A stretch of 44,126 nt of DNA from an uncultured Fibrobacteraceae bacterium (GTDB taxonomy: Bacteria > Krumholzibacteriota > Krumholzibacteriia > LZORAL124-64-63). How positions within the stretch are numbered: the first letter of the stretch is position 1; the number at the start of each line of letters is the position of its first letter. The stretch spans positions 1-44,126 of the forward strand of contig CAZAHC010000001.1 of the NCBI GenBank assembly GCA_964484595.1, in the 5' to 3' direction. The position numbers and the translations under genes were made by a program. Below, piece after piece: positions 9,867-18,631 of the stretch. The notes below the pieces were generated by a model. That model did no database searches. It was not told where the DNA came from and saw only the letters and a list, made by a program, of their open reading frames with translations.

Positions 9867-9872
9867 CCTTGA

Positions 9873-10205
9873 TCAGGTTCCCTTCTTGATCAGGTCGGTC
9901 AGTCCTACCTGTTCCTCCAGCCTTTCCAGCAGTATTTGCCGGGTCAGGGCGCAGGCCTCGGAGATCTTCGTTGAGCGCAGGCGGTAGAAAACGTTGATCC
10001 CGGTCTTGCGCGTGCTGACGACACCGGCCTGGCGCAGGACGGCAAGATGCTGAGAAGTGTTCGCCTTGGGAATCTCGAGCTGCTTCGCCAGCAGGTTCAC
10101 CGAGATTTCCTTCTCCTCCTTGAGGATGTCCAGAATCTCCAGTCGCTTGGGATTGGAGAGGGTTTTGCACAGCTCCGCTTGCATTTCGTACAGCTTTTTT
10201 TCCAT
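9873..10205 (-). CDS. ArsR/SmtB-family transcriptional regulator
   Basis: ORF 9873..10226. The likely start is the third ATG (10205), preceded by AGGAGG. The winged HTH reads LSNPKRLEILDIL...VNLLAKQLEIPKANTSQHLAVLRQAGVV. Confidence 0.85.
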   Translation of the reverse strand: MEKKLYEMQAELCKTLSNPKRLEILDILKEEKEISVNLLAKQLEIPKANTSQHLAVLRQAGVVSTRKTGINVFYRLRSTKISEACALTRQILLERLEEQVGLTDLIKKGT

Positions 10206-10305
10206 TTCCCCTCCTGGCATGCCCATGTCGAAAACCCCCGGAAGGAGACTGCTTTCCCATAACGATACTGACGTCGTCGCAAAACGTCAAAGTCAATCTT
10301 ATTCA

Positions 10306-10319
10306 AATCTATCTAGATT
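10306..10319. promoter_or_regulatory. AT-rich inverted repeat AATCTA-TC-TAGATT upstream of arsR, a possible operator
   Basis: This is a perfect 6-2-6 palindrome in the 90-nt AT-rich arsR upstream region, and it overlaps the ispH stop codon. A second imperfect repeat, TGACG-N11-CGTCA, lies at 10269..10289. Confidence 0.25.
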
Positions 10320-11298
10320 ATTTCTCGGGCGGAATCAGGGGCGGCAGCTGGAACTTCAGGTCCTCCTCGTGACCGCCAACCTCTTCCGGTTGCCACCCCT
10401 CCTGGCCGAGACGGCGAACCACGGCCTGGACGAGATACTCCGGCGCCGAGGCGCCCGCGGTCAGGCCCAGGGTCTGAAAACCGGACAGGGGCTCCGGGGC
10501 GAGATCGTCGGGGCCATCGATCAGACTGGCCGGGGTGCCCATCTTCCGGGCCACCTCGCACAGGCGCCGGCTGTTGCTGCTGTTGGCGGACCCGACAACC
10601 AGCAGAAAACCGATCTCCCGCTCGACGAGCGCCTTCACCGCCTCCTGGCGGTTCTTGGTCGCGAAACAGATGTTTTCCCGGGCGGGGCCGATCAGGCCGG
10701 GGAACCGGTCGCGCAGGGCGGCGACGATCTCCTCGGTCTCGTCCACGCTGAGGGTGGTCTGGGTCACGTAGGCGACCTCGGCCGCGGGAATTTCGAGTTC
10801 GGGCACCTGGTGCAGGTGGGTCAGCAGGAAAATCGCCCCCGGAGCCTCTCCCAGGGTGCCGAGAACCTCGTCGTGCCCCTCGTGACCGATCAGGACGACG
10901 CGGCGGCCGTTCCGGGTGTGACGGATCACCTCCCGGTGGACCTTGGTCACCAGGGGGCAGGTGGCGTCGATCACCTCGAGACCTCGCACCCGGGCCTCCT
11001 CCCGGACGGCGGGGGCCACTCCGTGGGCGCTGAAGACCACCGTGCTCCCGTCCGGCACCTGGTCCAGCTCGTCGACGAAGACGACCCCGCGAGCCTTGAA
11101 TCCGTCCACCACCGACCGGTTGTGAACGATCTCCTTGCGCACGAAGAGGGGAGCCCCCACCGAATCGAGCAGCCGTTCGACCACCTCGATCGCCCTCTCC
11201 ACCCCCGCGCAGAACCCGCGCGGGCTGGCGATCAGCAGTCGTTTCTTCCCATTTTCGGTCAAGACGCACCCCCGGTCGCTTGTCGACCAGCGACCCAA
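10318..11298 (-). CDS. ispH: 4-hydroxy-3-methylbut-2-enyl diphosphate reductase
   Basis: Motifs LLIASPRGFCAGVERAI, VRKEIVHN, VFSAHGV, IDATCPLVTKVH, IGHEGHDEV and SANSSNS place the three conserved Cys. The start is uncertain: TTG at 11298 or TTG at 11262. Confidence 0.9.
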   Translation of the reverse strand: MGRWSTSDRGCVLTENGKKRLLIASPRGFCAGVERAIEVVERLLDSVGAPLFVRKEIVHNRSVVDGFKARGVVFVDELDQVPDGSTVVFSAHGVAPAVREEARVRGLEVIDATCPLVTKVHREVIRHTRNGRRVVLIGHEGHDEVLGTLGEAPGAIFLLTHLHQVPELEIPAAEVAYVTQTTLSVDETEEIVAALRDRFPGLIGPARENICFATKNRQEAVKALVEREIGFLLVVGSANSSNSRRLCEVARKMGTPASLIDGPDDLAPEPLSGFQTLGLTAGASAPEYLVQAVVRRLGQEGWQPEEVGGHEEDLKFQLPPLIPPEK

Positions 11299-11420
11299 GA
11301 AAATGCTTTCGGGCCGGGTGATTCCATTTTATATTCGGCGACGGAGAACAGCAATCTCACGAATACGTCTTTGGCGGCTTGTCGGTATCTCCCTCCAATC
11401 CCCCACCGGCTTGCCGCTTT

Positions 11421-11457
11421 GCCGGCCCCGGTTTTACCGAGGCCGGCTTCTTTTTTT
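11421..11457 (+). terminator. rho-independent terminator oriented for the + strand, with no + strand gene upstream
   Basis: GCCGGCCCCGG-TTTTA-CCGAGGCCGGC forms an 11-bp stem with one mismatch, followed by TTCTTTTTTT. On the minus-strand RNA the hairpin has no U tract. Confidence 0.4.
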
Positions 11458-11480
11458 GTTCCAGCGGACCGGCGAGGCCG

Positions 11481-12050
11481 TCAATCCAGGTAGATCGACT
11501 TCACCGAACCCCAGGTCGAATGTTCAGGTATGCAGGCGGGACGGTTGATCCCGGCCACCAGCGAGTTGGCGCCGATGGTGCGGGGCGTCATGGGAATCAG
11601 GTTGGATGGATCGGAGCCGTCGGCGTAGGCCGGCGTTCCCGCGATGCTCGGTTGCGAGCCGGGGTAGATGAAAAAGCCCACCGGATCCCCGCCCATCACC
11701 AGGACCGAAACCTGAGCTAGCTTGACGGCGAGGTCGGCCGGCAGCGGGTAGGCCAGACCGACCATGAAGTCGGTCAGGCTCGGCCCGGCGTTAACCGCCT
11801 GGCCGGCCAGGGTGACCGACAGGATCGAGACGTTCTCCGCCTCGAGCAGGCATTCCCAGCCGCCGACGCTCACGGACGGTTCCAGCAAGAGCAAGAACGC
11901 ATCGAGGGTGGAAAACTGCTCGGCCAGGATGCAGTTCTCCTCGCCCACCGTGTCGAAGAAAACGCCGACCTCGTCGCCGGCGCCGGCTAGGGCCGGCCAC
12001 AGCAGAAGCGCCGCCGCCAGCAGCGGCGCCAGCGAAACGCGAAAACTCAT
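11481..12050 (-). CDS. secreted protein, C-terminal TWG-tail family member P1 (same core subfamily as P5)
   Basis: ATG 12050 follows GGGAGGGGGG. The signal peptide is MSFRVSLAPLLAAALLLWPALAGAG. The mature N-terminus is VFFDTVGEENC, compared with P5 LYFDTGGEVNC. The tail is STWGSVKSIYLD-stop. Confidence 0.75.
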   Translation of the reverse strand: MSFRVSLAPLLAAALLLWPALAGAGDEVGVFFDTVGEENCILAEQFSTLDAFLLLLEPSVSVGGWECLLEAENVSILSVTLAGQAVNAGPSLTDFMVGLAYPLPADLAVKLAQVSVLVMGGDPVGFFIYPGSQPSIAGTPAYADGSDPSNLIPMTPRTIGANSLVAGINRPACIPEHSTWGSVKSIYLD

Positions 12051-12162
12051 TGGTTCCCCCCTCCCATCCCAAGGGGCCCGGGAATTTGCGTGGCAGGAGC
12101 TTCTAGCTGAAGATACCGAGGAGAAGGACATCCGTCCAGAGTGAGGAGGGGGTTGGTCCGAG

Positions 12163-12942
12163 CTAGATGATGCCGAGCCAGTCTCGCAGCAGGAACTCCA
12201 CCCGGCCGACCAGCAGCGCGATGCGGCCCATGACCGTGAACCCGAAGCCGGCGCCGAAGGTCACCATCAGGATCCAGAGACCAACCTTGCTGCTGACACC
12301 CAGCGCCCCGTTCTGGCCGCGGCTAAAGTAGAAGTAGGAGAGACAGCACAACGTGCCGCCGGTCAGGAAGACCGCGTCGATGGTGCGGCCGAGGCTGAAG
12401 CCCTGCTCGGTGACGACACAGAGCGCGGTGATGCTGTTGCCAACCTGGTTCATGAAATTGGCTTCCAGGTCCCCGATGAGTCTCAACCCGGCGGTTGTGC
12501 CCATGATGAAGGCCAGGGTCAGGACGCTCGCCGGCCGGCCGCGGGGATGCAACCTCGCCAGCAGCAGCAGGCCCATGCAGAGAGGAATGCAGTAGAGGAG
12601 CCGGCGAGCGACCGAGACGTCTACCGGGGTGTCCAGGTGGAACAGGTAGACAGGTACCTCGGGGACGATGTTGGCAACCAGCAACGGGACGAGCGTGCTC
12701 CAGAAACCCAGGACCATCCAGTAGGCGGCGGTCACCCCGACGAAAACGTGCTCCGCGAAGCGGAAGAACGGGTTGTCACCGTAAAGGAAGCTGAGGGCGA
12801 ACAGGGTCAGAGCCGCCCCCACCCAGATGCCCAGGTTCTGGTAATCCAGGAAGGGGTTGGTCATGGACCCGCTGGAGGCCCTGATGAGAAGGAACATCAG
12901 GGCCGAAAGGCTGAAAATGGCGATGATCAATCGCCGCCTCAT
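12163..12942 (-). CDS. polytopic integral membrane protein, unknown function
   Basis: ORF 12163..12942 has about 7 hydrophobic segments. Its ATG overlaps the stop of the upstream reading frame (ATGA). Confidence 0.7.
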   Translation of the reverse strand: MRRRLIIAIFSLSALMFLLIRASSGSMTNPFLDYQNLGIWVGAALTLFALSFLYGDNPFFRFAEHVFVGVTAAYWMVLGFWSTLVPLLVANIVPEVPVYLFHLDTPVDVSVARRLLYCIPLCMGLLLLARLHPRGRPASVLTLAFIMGTTAGLRLIGDLEANFMNQVGNSITALCVVTEQGFSLGRTIDAVFLTGGTLCCLSYFYFSRGQNGALGVSSKVGLWILMVTFGAGFGFTVMGRIALLVGRVEFLLRDWLGII

Positions 12943-13106
12943 TCCTTCTTACCCCTTCGCCGGCGCACGACGTACTGCACGTTGCCAATGATGATCAGGA
13001 GGATGATCAGGAGGTGGGCCGCGGTCTGGGGCCCCATTCTTTCCAGAGCGGTCCGGCATTCGGGACGGTCCAGGTGGGGGTACGTCTCGACCAGCAGCTG
13101 CTCGTA
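12939..13106 (-). other. coding-like continuation after the in-frame TAG of the upstream gene, or alternatively a 32-aa membrane peptide from ATG 13037
   Basis: The same frame as 13107..13817 stays open for 55 codons: YEQLLVETYPHLDRPECRTALERMGPQTAAHLLIILLIIIGNVQYVVRRRRGKKE. The first 13 codons after the TAG all end in G or C. It ends in a TM helix plus a basic tail, and its TGA overlaps the next ATG. Confidence 0.5.
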
Positions 13107-13817
13107 CTAGGCCGCTCCCTTGAGCCCGGCCAGGAAACCGATGCACTGGTCGGGAACGAAGGGGAAGAGCTCCGGAGAGCCCACCGCCACCGATCCCCCC
13201 ACGATGGGAATGTGGCCCGGAATGGCCGCATACTTGATCCACTCCTCCATACCGGGGTAACCCGCGGAGCAGTCGATTATCAGGTCGAAGCTCCGGAGAT
13301 TGTCCACCCACTCCATGATGGGCAACCTCTCCGTGTCGTAGGTGCTGATGTTGTGGGTGTCAGTCGCGATGACCTTCTTGAAGTCGGTCAAGGCGACCGC
13401 GATGGCGCCCTCCCGGCCGCTGGCGAAGCCCAGGTTCACGTAATCCTGGCCGTACCGGTATTCGGGAAACTCCAGCTCCAGGATGTCCTCGACGGCCTTG
13501 TCGATCTCGACCGGCCCGGTCAACCAAAGGGTCAGACAGTAGAGCTTCGCCTCCTTCAAGCAGAGATGCCGGGCGAAGGCGTTGCTCATCGGCTTGATCT
13601 CGGGAGCCGAGGCGGGGTCGAAGTCAAAGACCAGCAGGACCCGGGCGTCCTCGGGCAACCCGGCGACCGTGTCGAACACCTCCCTGACCATCGGTGAGGC
13701 ATGCTCCTTGAAGGAGATCCGCCAGATCATGGGCACGGTCACGGCCAGCAGGATGCACAGGTAGATCACCCGGCGACCGGTGATGCGCTCGGCAACGTAG
13801 CTGGACAGGCGGACCAC
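13107..13817 (-). CDS. membrane-anchored protein of unknown function (N-terminal TM plus soluble domain), ending at TAG 13107..13109
   Basis: GTG 13817 lies 8 nt after GGGGGAGG and 1 nt after the upstream stop. The N-terminal TM is VIYLCILLAVTVPMIW. No domain was recognised. Confidence 0.7.
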   Translation of the reverse strand: MVRLSSYVAERITGRRVIYLCILLAVTVPMIWRISFKEHASPMVREVFDTVAGLPEDARVLLVFDFDPASAPEIKPMSNAFARHLCLKEAKLYCLTLWLTGPVEIDKAVEDILELEFPEYRYGQDYVNLGFASGREGAIAVALTDFKKVIATDTHNISTYDTERLPIMEWVDNLRSFDLIIDCSAGYPGMEEWIKYAAIPGHIPIVGGSVAVGSPELFPFVPDQCIGFLAGLKGAA

Positions 13818-13818
13818 T

Positions 13819-14493
13819 CTACCTACCTCCCCCCAGATACGGCCGGTCGATGCCGAGCAGGACCTTGAGGCTGGTGGCGATCGTGCCCAGGGCGACGCCG
13901 ATCATGATCGCCCGGCTGCCGGCGGTCATTGGCACATACATGATCCACTGCACGAGGTTGGGAAGCTCGAACGACTCCAGCGATCCAGGCAGCCAGGCCG
14001 TGGCTAGGTTGCCCAGGAAGGTGCGGCCGAGCAGCAGCAGGAAGGCGGTCACCAGCATCACCGTCGCCTGGACGCTACGCACCCGGAAGGCCCGGAAGGC
14101 CGCCGAGGCTACGTAGAAGGCCAGCAGGCTGAAGAACGTCGCGTCGCAGGGCGAAAAGACGTAGTCGTAGATCCAGGCGAACACGCTGCCGGGCGCGGTC
14201 TCCGAACCGCTCATCCCTTGGGGGTTGCCGATCTTGAACAGGCCCACGATCAGGGTCACCGAGAAGGCCACCAGGCAAATCACGGAGTAACCCCAGCCGG
14301 GGACCCGCCGCCGGATCCGGCGCCGGTGCGAACCAATCAGGCTGGCGCCACCGAGGATGAAGGCGAAGGCGGCCAGGATGCTGAAGAAGAGGGAGACCTC
14401 TTCCCGCAAGGGCTCCAGCGGGGGGATGAAGACGGCCAGGATGAGCACGCTCCCCACCGTGAAGGTGATGGCAAGTGGCAACGCCGTTCGCAT
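13819..14493 (-). CDS. integral membrane protein (about 6 TM), unknown function
   Basis: ORF 13819..14493 with an ATG start, hydrophobic throughout, and the same operon orientation as its neighbours. Confidence 0.7.
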   Translation of the reverse strand: MRTALPLAITFTVGSVLILAVFIPPLEPLREEVSLFFSILAAFAFILGGASLIGSHRRRIRRRVPGWGYSVICLVAFSVTLIVGLFKIGNPQGMSGSETAPGSVFAWIYDYVFSPCDATFFSLLAFYVASAAFRAFRVRSVQATVMLVTAFLLLLGRTFLGNLATAWLPGSLESFELPNLVQWIMYVPMTAGSRAIMIGVALGTIATSLKVLLGIDRPYLGGGR

Positions 14494-14533
14494 CTGGGTC
14501 CTTATCTCCTCGTTCTCGCGCGATTTCTCTTCA

Positions 14534-15748
14534 TCATTCCCTGGCCCCCGTGTCGAAGATCGAACGCAGGCTGTCGTGCAGCAGCTCCAGGAAGCTGGAT
14601 CCGCTCAGGGTGACGAGGGTGGCCAGCAGGCAGCCGACGATGATGGCTCCGGCCGCCATCAGCTTGCCGAAGTCCTGTCCGCGCAGGCAACCCAGCTTCC
14701 GGGGGTCGCCCGACAGATAGGCGGCGGCCGCGAACAGCTCCTCGCCGATCAGGACGTGGTCACAGGCGGTCAGCAGGAAGGGGATCTGCGCTCGTTCGGC
14801 CGTGCCGGCGATCTGCACGGCGCCGATGTCCTGACCGACCTCGGCCAGGGCCAGGCCCTCGGCGAAGAAGGAGCCGAAATAGAGGCAGACGGCCGGCTTC
14901 TCCCGGCACATCAGGCCGTTCACTCCCGCCACGAACCCGAACTGCTCATCCGAGACGTAGAAGTTGTCGAAGGGGTCGTAGGCCCCAGCTCGCCCGACGG
15001 CTCCGTAGGCGTGACGCAGGGTGTCGTCGGCCGCCGCCATCACCAGCGAGTGGAACTGCGGCACCCGCAGGTTCACCTCCCTGTCGGCCGCGACCTTGGT
15101 CACCTCTTCCAGGACCGTCAGGCCGGCGATGGTCTGGATCTCGTTGAGGTCTTCCGAGCCGGGCACGAAGAAGACGGGCCGGCCGGCCGCGGCCGCGTGC
15201 CCGATCGCCTTTTCGATTTCCTGGATCCCCGGCAGCTTCCGGATCCGCAGGCGCCTGCCCCTCTGGCCGGCCAGGATGAAGTAGAGGATGGTCCCGCCGA
15301 GCAGCAAGCTCAGCAGCAGGCGATTCCAGCGATCCCAGTTTATCCACTGGTGAGTCGACGACACCGGGCCCACCGGCGGGGAGGCACTCGCCAGTTCCCC
15401 GGCCACCGCCTCGACCTTGTAGTAGAAGGGAACTCCCTTGGTGGCAGCGACGTCGACGAGACGGGTGCTGCCGGCGGGAGTCCGGCCCACCACCTGGTAA
15501 CGCCCGATGCTGCGCGTAGAACGCAGGACGGTGTACCCGGTCACCCGACCGTGGGGCTGGAAGTCGTCGGGCGAGGGGATCCAGCTGACGACGATGGCGC
15601 CGCCGTTGTCGTTGGGGCGATCGACGGCCCCGACCCTTTCCGGGGGCGCCGGGGCGCCGGATTCGAGGGCCGCTTCCTCGGCGCGGCCGGCCGCCGGTAC
15701 GGAAAGAACGAGCCAGGATCCCGCCAGGCAGACCAGAAACCAGGCCAT
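14534..15748 (-). CDS. signal peptide + FN3-like domain + TM + uncharacterised C-terminal domain protein
   Basis: The internal ATG at 15748 gives MAWFLVCLAGSWLVLSVPAAGRAEE. The stretch IVVSWIPSPDDF...GYTVLRS...YYKVEAV is FN3-like. The TM is LLLSLLLGGTILYFILAG. The longer ORF reaching 15982 overlaps the upstream gene and looks spurious. Confidence 0.65.
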   Translation of the reverse strand: MAWFLVCLAGSWLVLSVPAAGRAEEAALESGAPAPPERVGAVDRPNDNGGAIVVSWIPSPDDFQPHGRVTGYTVLRSTRSIGRYQVVGRTPAGSTRLVDVAATKGVPFYYKVEAVAGELASASPPVGPVSSTHQWINWDRWNRLLLSLLLGGTILYFILAGQRGRRLRIRKLPGIQEIEKAIGHAAAAGRPVFFVPGSEDLNEIQTIAGLTVLEEVTKVAADREVNLRVPQFHSLVMAAADDTLRHAYGAVGRAGAYDPFDNFYVSDEQFGFVAGVNGLMCREKPAVCLYFGSFFAEGLALAEVGQDIGAVQIAGTAERAQIPFLLTACDHVLIGEELFAAAAYLSGDPRKLGCLRGQDFGKLMAAGAIIVGCLLATLVTLSGSSFLELLHDSLRSIFDTGARE

Positions 15749-15809
15749 CGCCGGTCCCGACGCGAACGGCCGGTTCCGGGGCACACCGGTACCGGGCGCA
15801 GGAAGTCGC

Positions 15810-16892
15810 CTAGGGCTGACCCTCCTGAGCTGCGCGCTCGAACCTGGCCAACTGGTCCTGGAAATACTGGTCATCCGGTTCCTTGGCAATAGCCCTCTTG
15901 ATCCAGGAAACGGCCTCCTCGTACTGGCCTCGGGCGAAGTAGACCTCCGCCAACGTGTCCATGATACCTGGATCTTCGTCACTTAACCGGACGGCCTTAT
16001 GTGCAATATCGGTGGCCTCTTCCAGGGCGAGGCCGGCCTGGGCGGCGTTCCAGGCGAACCCGTTCATGGCCCCGACATCGTCGGGGTTCCGGCGCATGAT
16101 TTCACGATGAGTGGCGACCATCCCCTCGGTATCTCCCTGGCGTTTCTGGACGTACGCGATCATCCCCAGCACCGCCTCCGGCTCCATCGCGGCGGAGTAG
16201 TTAGCCAGGAGGCGCTCGAAGGTGGCGATCGAGACGTCGTAGTTCTCCAGCTTCCACTCCAGGCTCGCCAGCTCCCACAGGGCTGCCGAGGCCACCTGCA
16301 GCTCGTCCTGCTCGTCCCCGGCCAGGGCCTTCTCGAGCAGGGGGCGGGCGGCCGCGGCGTCGAGACGCTGCGCCCGCTTGGTCCCCGCCGCCAGCAGGAG
16401 TTCCGGATCGTCCGGGGAGGCGGCCAGGCGCTTCTCCACGTCGGCCAGGGTGCCCTTGCCAGCCAGGTAATCGGCGATCGTGGCCCGGAACTCGTCGGCG
16501 GGGCGGAAGCCGATGAAACGGTCGATCTCGCTGCCGTCGGGATTGCACAGCACCAGGGTCGGCATGTTGAAGATGTGGAATACGTCCGTGAGCTCCTCGT
16601 ACTCCGGCTTGTCCACGTCGACCTTGAAGGTGATCAGCCGGGCCAGATCGGAGATCACCTCCGGTACCGTGTAGACCTCCTTGTCCAGCATCTTGCAGGG
16701 GCCGCACCAGGTGGCATAGAAGTCGATCAGGATCGGCTTGTCTTCCTGGCCGGCCAGCGCGGTGATCTCGGACCAGGTCTGGCCCTCGAGCCAGACGACC
16801 TCGGCGGGCAGGTCGGCGTCCTGGCAGGAAACGGTCCCGACCAGCAGGATCAGCGAGACGGAGAGGGTGACCCAGGTCAGATTCCGGAGCAT
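15810..16892 (-). CDS. thioredoxin-domain / TPR-repeat lipoprotein
   Basis: The signal ends in a possible lipobox, LLVGTVSC. The thioredoxin motif is FYATWCGPCK. The C-terminal half is TPR-like, for example AEVYFARGQYEEAVSWIKRAIAKEPDD. Confidence 0.85.
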   Translation of the reverse strand: MLRNLTWVTLSVSLILLVGTVSCQDADLPAEVVWLEGQTWSEITALAGQEDKPILIDFYATWCGPCKMLDKEVYTVPEVISDLARLITFKVDVDKPEYEELTDVFHIFNMPTLVLCNPDGSEIDRFIGFRPADEFRATIADYLAGKGTLADVEKRLAASPDDPELLLAAGTKRAQRLDAAAARPLLEKALAGDEQDELQVASAALWELASLEWKLENYDVSIATFERLLANYSAAMEPEAVLGMIAYVQKRQGDTEGMVATHREIMRRNPDDVGAMNGFAWNAAQAGLALEEATDIAHKAVRLSDEDPGIMDTLAEVYFARGQYEEAVSWIKRAIAKEPDDQYFQDQLARFERAAQEGQP

Positions 16893-17016
16893 GGTTTACC
16901 TTCTTTCGCGAGAAACCAGGGGTTGCAAGCCCGGCTAAATCATGAATGGCCTACTGCGGCTGGACAAATGGCCGCCCTCGCAACGGCCCTTCCTGAATAA
17001 ACCTGGCTACGGGATC

Positions 17017-18057
17017 TCAATTCCGGTCCTCCCCCGGCGATTTGGCACCTGGTCGGCGTGCGGCGTCGATCGTGAGCCAGGCGGAATGCGGATAGGTGCC
17101 GTCCAGCCGGTAACCGGTGAAACCGAGGCTGATCCGGATCTCGTCCGAGAGGTGCCACTGCTTCCGGAAACCGGCGCTCAGCAACTCGTCCGCCCGGTAT
17201 AAGGGCAGGCCGTCCTCCGCCAGGAAAGAATTCCCCCACCAGCAGGAGCAGAAGAGCTCCCAGCCCAGCACCGCCGCGAAGGCGGTGACCTCGGCGCCCT
17301 TTCCGGTCTGGGCGGGATCGCTCCGGGCGGCCACGTTCTTGGCCAGAAACCAGTGAGCGGCCAGGCCGCTCCCGGCAAGCCCCGCAGTCAGGAATCGGAG
17401 ATCCACGGTTCCTCCCAGCGCCACTGCCGTGTTGTCGGTGACCGGACCGCTGTTGAAGAGCTGGCCTCCCCGGTGCACGTAGTAGAGCTGGGCGTCGAGC
17501 TCGGCCGGCTGCAGGTCGAGCCGGGCGATGGCGCCGATGTCGAACTTCTCCCGGTGCTCCGCCGTGTTGAGCTGCTGCCAGTTGAGCCAGCAGTTCTGCG
17601 CGAATCTCCCGAGGCGGGTGTTCACCTCGAGGCCGGTCTCGGTCGGTTGCTCATACCGGACAACATCGTGGTACAGTGCCGGCAGGAACGTGTGAGACTC
17701 CGGGTCGAGGTTACCGAACCGCAGGCCGAAGTTCTCGTCCGGCCGATAGGTGAAGGAAATCGCTGGCTCCACGTGGTCCCACCGCTGCTCATCGTCCACG
17801 CCGTAGGCCGTCGCCAGGAAGAAACCGCCGGCTATGGTCACCTGGTCCGTCGGCAGATAAACGGCCTGGACCGTGAGGTGTTGACCGAAGAAGGTCTCAC
17901 CCGTGCGGTACTCGGCGGCCTTGCCGACGAACTCGAGGTTGTGAGCGAACCAGTGGGCGTCGAAACCCACGTCTATGGCGTCCGCGGCACAGAAGGCCGG
18001 GAACCAGACCATCAGGACGAGACCCAAGACAACGGCCAGTACTCTCCGGCAGGACAT
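17017..18057 (-). CDS. secreted beta-rich protein, possible outer-membrane protein
   Basis: ATG 18057 gives the signal peptide MSCRRVLAVVLGLVLMVWFPAFCAADA. The sequence is rich in alternating aromatic/polar strands. There is no terminal aromatic, so the barrel call is weak. Confidence 0.55.
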   Translation of the reverse strand: MSCRRVLAVVLGLVLMVWFPAFCAADAIDVGFDAHWFAHNLEFVGKAAEYRTGETFFGQHLTVQAVYLPTDQVTIAGGFFLATAYGVDDEQRWDHVEPAISFTYRPDENFGLRFGNLDPESHTFLPALYHDVVRYEQPTETGLEVNTRLGRFAQNCWLNWQQLNTAEHREKFDIGAIARLDLQPAELDAQLYYVHRGGQLFNSGPVTDNTAVALGGTVDLRFLTAGLAGSGLAAHWFLAKNVAARSDPAQTGKGAEVTAFAAVLGWELFCSCWWGNSFLAEDGLPLYRADELLSAGFRKQWHLSDEIRISLGFTGYRLDGTYPHSAWLTIDAARRPGAKSPGEDRN

Positions 18058-18080
18058 CGTCCCTCCTCGTGACCGGGAAT

Positions 18081-18593
18081 CTACCACCGCTCGTAACGAA
18101 CCAGCTCCGGCAAGGTCTTGCGCTTCTTGGCGCCTGCTTCGTCCGCGGGATACCCCAGCGGAGTGAAGGCCACCGGCTCGACTTCCGGCGGCAGCTGGAG
18201 GATCCGTCGCGCGGCCGCCGGATCGAAGGCGGCGACCCAGCAGGTCCCCAGACCCAGATCAGCGGCGGCCAGGATAAGGTGGTCCATCACGATGGCCACG
18301 TCCACGTCGTTGTAGTTCTTGCCGTCCTGCTTGCGAACCCAGTTCAGGCCGGGAACCCCGCAGGCGCCGATCACCAGGGGCGCCTGGACGAACCAGTCCT
18401 TCCGGTAGATCTGTTTCAGTTCCTCCCGTCGACCCTCCGTTCGCAGGACGACGAGCTGGAAGGGCTGCCGGTTGTCCGCCGTCGGCGCCAGCCGCGCCGC
18501 CTCGAGTACCTGCGCGAGCTTGTCCTCGGGAACAGGATCCGGTCGGTAGGCGCGGCTGCTGTAACGCGAGCGGGCAAGGTCCAGGAAATCCAT
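18081..18593 (-). CDS. nitroreductase-family protein
   Basis: ATG 18593 follows GGAGGTGAAG. Supporting stretches are MDFLDLARSRYSSRAY, LEAARLAPTADNRQPF and AAADLGLGTCWV. Confidence 0.85.
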   Translation of the reverse strand: MDFLDLARSRYSSRAYRPDPVPEDKLAQVLEAARLAPTADNRQPFQLVVLRTEGRREELKQIYRKDWFVQAPLVIGACGVPGLNWVRKQDGKNYNDVDVAIVMDHLILAAADLGLGTCWVAAFDPAAARRILQLPPEVEPVAFTPLGYPADEAGAKKRKTLPELVRYERW

Positions 18594-18631
18594 CTTCACC
18601 TCCGGACGGCCGGCGCCTCCGGGGCCGGCTA

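Noticed and set aside
1953-13109. Stop-codon reassignment or pyrrolysine as the explanation for the in-frame TAA (1953) and TAG (13107).
   Set aside because: TAG, TAA and TGA all terminate multiple well-supported genes here. TAG ends genes at 12163, 18081, 18632, 24685, 31191, 31231 and 36562. TAA ends genes at 4960, 10318, 38783 and 43738. No pyl genes are visible. Mutation, sequencing error or local readthrough is more parsimonious.
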